A stretch of 32,000 nucleotides of DNA, from the sequence record NC_012575.1, one strand, 5' to 3'. Position 1 is the first letter of the stretch; each line of letters starts with the position of its first letter. Shown one piece after another: positions 27,423-32,000 of the stretch. The notes beneath the pieces are model-generated. The model was given only the letters and a program-made list of their open reading frames with translations. It had not been told where the DNA came from and searched no databases. The translations under genes and the position numbers were made by a program.

Positions 27423-27507
27423 TGTGGCTGGAGGGATTTGAACCCTCACGCAGTATTAGCTGCAGGAGATTTTAAGTCTCCAGTGTCTACCATTCCACCA
27501 CAGCCAC
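27423..27507 (-). tRNA. trnL(UAA): tRNA-Leu (anticodon UAA), no intron
   Basis: The reverse complement is GTGGCTGTGGTGGAATGGTAGACACTGGAGACTTAAAATCTCCTGCAGCTAATACTGCGTGAGGGTTCAAATCCCTCCAGCCACA. Anticodon loop CTTAAAA. Long variable arm. The anticodon loop is uninterrupted. Confidence 0.93.
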
Positions 27508-27522
27508 ATGATTGTTTTAAAT

Positions 27523-27603
27523 TGGGCCGAACTGGATTTGAACCAGTGTAGGCAAGCCAGCGGATTTACAGTCCGCCCCCATTAACCACTCGGGCATCGA
27601 CCC
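27523..27603 (-). tRNA. trnY(GUA): tRNA-Tyr (anticodon GUA)
   Basis: The reverse complement is GGGTCGATGCCCGAGTGGTTAATGGGGGCGGACTGTAAATCCGCTGGCTTGCCTACACTGGTTCAAATCCAGTTCGGCCCA. Anticodon loop CTGTAAA. Confidence 0.93.
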
Positions 27604-27634
27604 ATTGATGCGAAACCCCACCGTTGATGGGACA

Positions 27635-27715
27635 TGTCTTAGAGAGGACTCGAACCTCCACGCCGTAAAGCACAAACCCCTCAAGCTTGCGTGTCTACCA
27701 TTCCACCACTAAGAC
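27635..27715 (-). tRNA. trnL(GAG): tRNA-Leu (anticodon GAG)
   Basis: The reverse complement is GTCTTAGTGGTGGAATGGTAGACACGCAAGCTTGAGGGGTTTGTGCTTTACGGCGTGGAGGTTCGAGTCCTCTCTAAGACA. Anticodon arm CAAGC-TTGAGGG-GTTTG gives GAG, with G37. Class II variable arm. Confidence 0.85.
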
Positions 27716-27792
27716 ATACTCATAGTGTACAGGAAACGCCTAAAGAGTTCAAGTCTTTCTTGTACACAATTTTAAATATGAGTTTTCCTTCT

Positions 27793-27813
27793 GGCTGTAC
27801 TTAAAATACAGCC
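27793..27813 (-). terminator. Stem-loop 3' of rps9
   Basis: GGCTGTA (27793-27799), CTTAAAA loop, TACAGCC (27807-27813). About 30 nt beyond the rps9 stop. Confidence 0.45.
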
Positions 27814-27840
27814 AAAAGAATAAAAAGCCAATAATACAAT

Positions 27841-28227
27841 TTAACGCTTTGAAAATTGTGGTGCTTTACGAGCTTTCTTTAATCCATACTTTTTACGTTC
27901 TTTTTTAAGAGCGTTACGTGTAAGGAATCCTTGTGCCTTTAATTCAGCACGGTAAGCAGTATCCATTAAACAAAGAGCACGGGCACAACCAAGACGAATA
28001 GCCTCAGCTTGTCCAGTTAACCCACCACCAGTTGTTTGAATGAAAATATCACACTTTTCCTCTAATTGGAAAAGTTGTAATGGTTTAAGGATTGTTGGAT
28101 ATTTTCCTTGTAAGTAAACTTGTGCGTCTACTTGATTAATTTGAATTGCCCCAGTTCCTGGGGAAGCAATTCGAACTTGAGCAGTTGCTCGTTTGCGTCG
28201 TCCAGTAGCCGACCAAATTTGTTGCAT
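27841..28227 (-). CDS. rps9: 30S ribosomal protein S9
   Basis: 128 aa from the ATG at 28227 ([20 protein letters not shown]...[12 protein letters not shown]), preceded by GGAG 8 nt upstream. The ORF-track start at 28257 is a GTG extension. Confidence 0.92.
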   Translation of the reverse strand: MQQIWSATGRRKRATAQVRIASPGTGAIQINQVDAQVYLQGKYPTILKPLQLFQLEEKCDIFIQTTGGGLTGQAEAIRLGCARALCLMDTAYRAELKAQGFLTRNALKKERKKYGLKKARKAPQFSKR

Positions 28228-28327
28228 AGACAATCTCCGTGGTTTAGTGGAATGCACACATTGAAAAGAGTATAAATTTTACACACTTCTCTGGTGTAGA
28301 TGCATTTAAAATGCAGAAAGTATTAGT

Positions 28328-29386
28328 TTATGGCTCTTGAACCAACTCAATTCCATAAGTTTCTAATGCTTTAGCTACTTCTTCTGCAGATTTCTGTCCA
28401 AAATTACGAAGTGCAAGAAGACTTGAATATGATTCACGTGATAAATCAGCTAATGTTAAAATTTGAGCACGTTTTAAACAATTATATGCTCGTAATGAAA
28501 GCTCGAGTTGCTCAATTGCAATATTTTCAAAGTATGCTTTTTGAGCAACTGCCGTATCAACCGGAGTTGATGCTTCATCAATTCCAACAACAGGTCGTGG
28601 ATCTTGAAGTGTTGCGCGTGTAATTTCTGTAAGAATCGCACCTGCGTGTTTAAATGCATTATGCGGGTGGATACTTCCATTTGTTGTAATTTCAAAATGA
28701 ATATATTCACCATGTGGTTGAACCTCATGGACCGCAAAATTAACATTCTTTACTGGCATAAAGTTTCCATCAATTGGTTGGAATACACCAGATTTTACTT
28801 GTTCGATTTGAACTGACTCAATTTGAGGTGAAGGATAAAATCCTGTTCCGTATGATTGTGTTGGTTTTTTCCATACACGATATCCAGTTGATTGTTCAAG
28901 AATAAATGTCAGATTAAAAGCTGTATCGCCATTCATTAATGTAGCAATTGGTTGTGTTGGGTCTACACATGTAATACCTTCAGGTAATTGCATGTCACCA
29001 GCACAAATCACACGTGGAGTATGAAAACTTTTACTCTCATCTGTTTGTGGACGAGGACTAATCGTAATTGTTCCTTGTGGAGCTAATACATCAGGAAATG
29101 TATTAAAAAAAACAATATCACGTAAGTTTAAAAAGATTTCAACAACGGATTCACGAATTCCTGGGAGTGTCATGAATTCTGTTCGTGTCTCATTGAGTTT
29201 TGCTGCTGTGATAGCAACACCAGGTAAATCATTTAACAAGAGCCTACGAAATGTATTCCCAAGTGTTACACCTTGTCCTGGTGCAAGTGGTCCAAGTACA
29301 AGTCGTGCATAATGATCACGCGGGTTATTTTCTCGAAATTCAACGCACTCCAATTTCGCCGAGGAATTTGGAACAATAAAATTCAT
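28328..29386 (-). CDS. rpoA: Plastid-encoded RNA polymerase alpha subunit
   Basis: 352 aa from the ATG at 29386 (MNFIVPNSS...). N-terminal domain motif YARLVLGPLAPGQGVTLGNTFRRLLLNDLPG. C-terminal domain IEQLELSLRAYNCLKRAQILTLADL. The ORF-track start at 29431 is a TTG. Confidence 0.9.
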   Translation of the reverse strand: MNFIVPNSSAKLECVEFRENNPRDHYARLVLGPLAPGQGVTLGNTFRRLLLNDLPGVAITAAKLNETRTEFMTLPGIRESVVEIFLNLRDIVFFNTFPDVLAPQGTITISPRPQTDESKSFHTPRVICAGDMQLPEGITCVDPTQPIATLMNGDTAFNLTFILEQSTGYRVWKKPTQSYGTGFYPSPQIESVQIEQVKSGVFQPIDGNFMPVKNVNFAVHEVQPHGEYIHFEITTNGSIHPHNAFKHAGAILTEITRATLQDPRPVVGIDEASTPVDTAVAQKAYFENIAIEQLELSLRAYNCLKRAQILTLADLSRESYSSLLALRNFGQKSAEEVAKALETYGIELVQEP

Positions 29387-29506
29387 AGTGGTTGTAGATA
29401 TTCGTTGATACACACGGGCCTGGAATATCAATATAAAAGAAATATTTTATAGTGATATAAAAAACTACCTTATTAAATATTATTTTTAATAAAGTTGAAA
29501 CTATCG

Positions 29507-29899
29507 TTATACACGACGTTTCTTTGGTGGACGGCAACCATTGTGAGGTAACGGTGTTACATCACGAATTAAGGTAATACCTAACCCAAGTTGTTGAAGT
29601 GCACGGATTGCCATTTCGCGTCCTGCGCCTGGTCCTTTTACCATTACATCAACATATTTTAAACCATAGTCAAGTGACTTACGTGCAGCTTCTTCCGCTG
29701 CTGTTTGTGCAGCAAATGGTGTTCCTTTACGAGCACCACGGAATCCACAAGCACCAGAAGATGATGAAGCAATCACCATTCCAGAACGGTCACTAATTGT
29801 AACTAAAGTATTATTGAACGTGGCTAAAATATGTACAACGCCACGTTGTACCTTTCGACGGGCTTTTTTCTGTACACTTTTACGCTGTTTACTAGCCAT
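29507..29899 (-). CDS. rps11: 30S ribosomal protein S11
   Basis: 130 aa, ...[46 protein letters not shown]...[13 protein letters not shown]. Confidence 0.96.
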   Translation of the reverse strand: MASKQRKSVQKKARRKVQRGVVHILATFNNTLVTISDRSGMVIASSSSGACGFRGARKGTPFAAQTAAEEAARKSLDYGLKYVDVMVKGPGAGREMAIRALQQLGLGITLIRDVTPLPHNGCRPPKKRRV

Positions 29900-30024
29900 A
29901 GTATAAATTTACCAATATAGAATAAAGAAGCTTAAACTGAGTCTGAATCCAAGAATCTCATACAAACAGATATTTGGTGGATAAATCTGTAGAAAGACTC
30001 AATCAAAAGTTCCAAAGAAAAATA

Positions 30025-30279
30025 TTATGTGACTTTCGAAGTCCCAGGTCCTTTTTCTTTATTACGTAAACGATATGTAATACGCCCTTTTGTTAAATCA
30101 TATGGTGTGAGTTCCACAACAACACGATCTCCTAAAAGGATTTTAATAGAATTTCGACGAATTTTTCCCGAAATATGAGCAAGTACTTGGAATCCATTTT
30201 CAAGTTCAACTTGAAACATTGCATTAGGAAGGGATTCAATTACTGTACCTTCCATTTCAATAAGTTCGCGATCAGCCAT
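30025..30279 (-). CDS. infA: Translation initiation factor IF-1
   Basis: 84 aa, ...[65 protein letters not shown]1-like OB-fold IF-1 signature. Confidence 0.94.
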   Translation of the reverse strand: MADRELIEMEGTVIESLPNAMFQVELENGFQVLAHISGKIRRNSIKILLGDRVVVELTPYDLTKGRITYRLRNKEKGPGTSKVT

Positions 30280-30282
30280 ATA

Positions 30283-30651
30283 TTACCAAAGGTAACAAAG
30301 CACTTCACCACCAATACCTAAGGCACGTGCTTTCTTCTCAGTCATAATTCCTTGAGATGTTGAAATAATAGCAATTCCCATTCCATTTAAAACGCGTGGA
30401 AGTTCCTTGTGATTCACATATACACGAACCCCAGGTGTACTAACACGTTTAAATGTTTTTACTGAGCGCTTTAAAGTTACTTCAAACATTCCATTAGTTT
30501 CCGGTTCAATATTTGAAAGAAAACCTTCTTGGAATAATAATTGAGCAATATTTCGCGTTACTCTTGTTGCACGTAAGGCAACTGAAGTTTTGTTTGCAAG
30601 CTGTGCATTACGTAAACGCGTAAGCATATCTGCAATTGTGTCATTAATCAT
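30283..30651 (-). CDS. rps8: 30S ribosomal protein S8
   Basis: 122 aa, MINDTIADMLTRLRNAQLANK... Canonical S8 N-terminus. The stop lies 3 nt from the infA ATG. Confidence 0.95.
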   Translation of the reverse strand: MINDTIADMLTRLRNAQLANKTSVALRATRVTRNIAQLLFQEGFLSNIEPETNGMFEVTLKRSVKTFKRVSTPGVRVYVNHKELPRVLNGMGIAIISTSQGIMTEKKARALGIGGEVLCYLW

Positions 30652-30702
30652 AACATTTCCTCAAATGAGTATTTCACACAAGTTTGCTCTTGTGTTATCA
30701 AA

Positions 30703-31257
30703 TTACTTAGTTGCTTTTTCACGGAATGGCATTCCAAGTTCTTTTAAAAGAGCTTTTCCTTCCTGATCCGTTTGTGAACTTGTCACAATTGCAATATCCA
30801 TTCCACGAATTTGATCAATTGTATCGTAACTTAATTCAGGGAACATTAATTGTTCATCTAAACCAATGTTAAAATTCCCTTGACCATCAAATCCTTTTGG
30901 ATTAATTCCTTGGAAATCACGAATACGTGGAAGAGCAAGATTTACAAGTCGATCAAAGAATGCATACATGCGATCTCCACGTAATGTTACTGAGAGCCCA
31001 ATTGGCATATCTTCACGGATTTGGAAACCAGCAATAGCTTTTTTAGAACGCTTCACGACAGGTGCTTGACCTGCTAATACAGTAAGCTCATTCGATAATG
31101 ATTCGAGAAGTTTAGCATTCTGTGAAGCATCTCCTACACCTCGGTTAATAACAATTTTTTCAAGGCGTGGAATTTCGTGCGTGTTTTTATATTGGAATTG
31201 TTCCGTAAGTGTGTCACGCACCTTTGTTAAATACAAATTTTGAAGGCGTTGAATCAT
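30703..31257 (-). CDS. rpl5: 50S ribosomal protein L5
   Basis: 184 aa, [42 protein letters not shown]... L5 family, in the expected position between rpl14 and rps8. Confidence 0.94.
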   Translation of the reverse strand: MIQRLQNLYLTKVRDTLTEQFQYKNTHEIPRLEKIVINRGVGDASQNAKLLESLSNELTVLAGQAPVVKRSKKAIAGFQIREDMPIGLSVTLRGDRMYAFFDRLVNLALPRIRDFQGINPKGFDGQGNFNIGLDEQLMFPELSYDTIDQIRGMDIAIVTSSQTDQEGKALLKELGMPFREKATK

Positions 31258-31271
31258 AAGAGATAAGAGAT

Positions 31272-31631
31272 TTAAAGAACCTCAGGGGCAAGGGAAACAA
31301 TTTTCATGAAATCACGTTCACGTAATTCACGTGCAATTGGTCCAAATACACGTGTTCCACGTGGGTTCCCCTCTTTATTAATAATTACGGCAGCGTTTTC
31401 ATCAAAACGAATGGACATACCATTTTCGCGTTGTACTGTGTGTGCAGTACGTACAACAACAGCACGAACAACGTCAGATCGTTTCACTGGCATATTTGGT
31501 AATGCTTCTTTTACAACAGCAATGATTACATCACCAATGTTTGCATATTGTCGATTTAATACGCGGATACACATAAGTTTACGTGCACCACTGTTATCGG
31601 CAACCTCAAGATAAGTTTGTGGTTGAATCAT
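31272..31631 (-). CDS. rpl14: 50S ribosomal protein L14
   Basis: 119 aa, [25 protein letters not shown]... Canonical L14. Confidence 0.96.
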   Translation of the reverse strand: MIQPQTYLEVADNSGARKLMCIRVLNRQYANIGDVIIAVVKEALPNMPVKRSDVVRAVVVRTAHTVQRENGMSIRFDENAAVIINKEGNPRGTRVFGPIARELRERDFMKIVSLAPEVL

Positions 31632-31679
31632 GGGAATTAAACAGTCATTAAGGAGAAATAGGTAAGCTTACTTAAAAAA

Positions 31680-32000
31680 TTAAGCTTCAAATCCCTCGCG
31701 GATAATAAATTTTGTTTTTACAGGCATTTTGTATGCTGCAATACGCATTGATGAACGAGCAACAGCTTCAGATACACCACGCATTTCGTATAAGATTTTC
31801 CCTGGTTTTACAACAGCTACCCAGTAATCAGGTGCTCCTTTTCCAGCTCCCATACGTGTTTCTGCAGCACGAGCTGTAATAGATTTATCTGGGAATACAC
31901 GAATCCAGAGTTTCCCACCACGTCGAGCATAACGACTCATGGCACGACGGCCAGCTTCGATTTGACGTGAAGTGATCCATCCAGGTTCAAGGGCTTGAAG
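31680..32000 (-). CDS. rpl16: 50S ribosomal protein L16 (5' end beyond window edge)
   Basis: The frame stays open upstream of the ORF-track Met. Bases 31941-32000 read [20 protein letters not shown], then [19 protein letters not shown]...ETRMGAGKG, the conserved L16 core. The N-terminal 30 codons or so lie outside the window. Confidence 0.95.
   Translation of the reverse strand, partial: LQALEPGWITSRQIEAGRRAMSRYARRGGKLWIRVFPDKSITARAAETRMGAGKGAPDYWVAVVKPGKILYEMRGVSEAVARSSMRIAAYKMPVKTKFIIREGFEA

Overview
This window is a gene-dense, intron-free stretch of a green-lineage plastid (chloroplast) genome. The rbcL is the green (form IB) type and has no adjacent rbcS.

Genes on the + strand, in order:
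- psbB (5' end cut by the window edge) and psbT
- psbD and psbC (overlapping)
- trnR(ACG)
- a complete rRNA operon: 16S, trnI(GAU), trnA(UGC), 23S, 5S
- psbA

Genes on the - strand after psbA:
- an unassigned 175-177 codon membrane ORF
- the psaA-psaB operon

The next + strand block holds trnD, psaI, ycf12, psaM, trnP, trnW, trnS(GCU), rpl20, trnS(UGA), psbK, psbI, psaJ, trnF, rbcL and petG.

The final - strand block holds petA, trnQ, rps14, the atpI-atpH-atpF-atpA operon, trnL(UAA), trnY, trnL(GAG), rps9, rpoA, rps11, infA, rps8, rpl5, rpl14 and rpl16 (5' end runs off the window).

I derived the small genes (psbT, psaI, ycf12, psaM, psbK, psbI, psaJ, petG) and all 13 tRNAs by hand translation and folding, because they fall below the ORF-track cutoff. 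Spacers are AT-rich, and almost every 3' end carries a stem-loop. Many genes have GGAG-type Shine-Dalgarno boxes, matching a retained CCUCC at the 16S 3' end.

I see no CRISPR array, transposon, integrase, defence or secondary-metabolite system. This is ordinary core plastid DNA, and I will not claim a novel system.

Points worth a second look:
- the unassigned membrane ORF at 11290-11823
- a 16-nt motif TTTATAATAAAAAGAT, found in sense orientation 140-200 nt upstream of psbD, psbA and rps14
- a perfect GC-rich palindrome plus an SD-preceded 3-codon mini-ORF in the psbA leader
- a GC-rich structured island between petG and petA
- a non-AT-rich rRNA leader
- AT-drifted, normally invariant 16S positions
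- trnL(GAG)
- two breaks in conserved gene clusters: no psbN/psbH after psbT, and no rpl36 between infA and rps11

Gene content suggests a compact chlorophyte or prasinophyte-type plastome, or a secondary plastid derived from one. The organism cannot be fixed without a database search.
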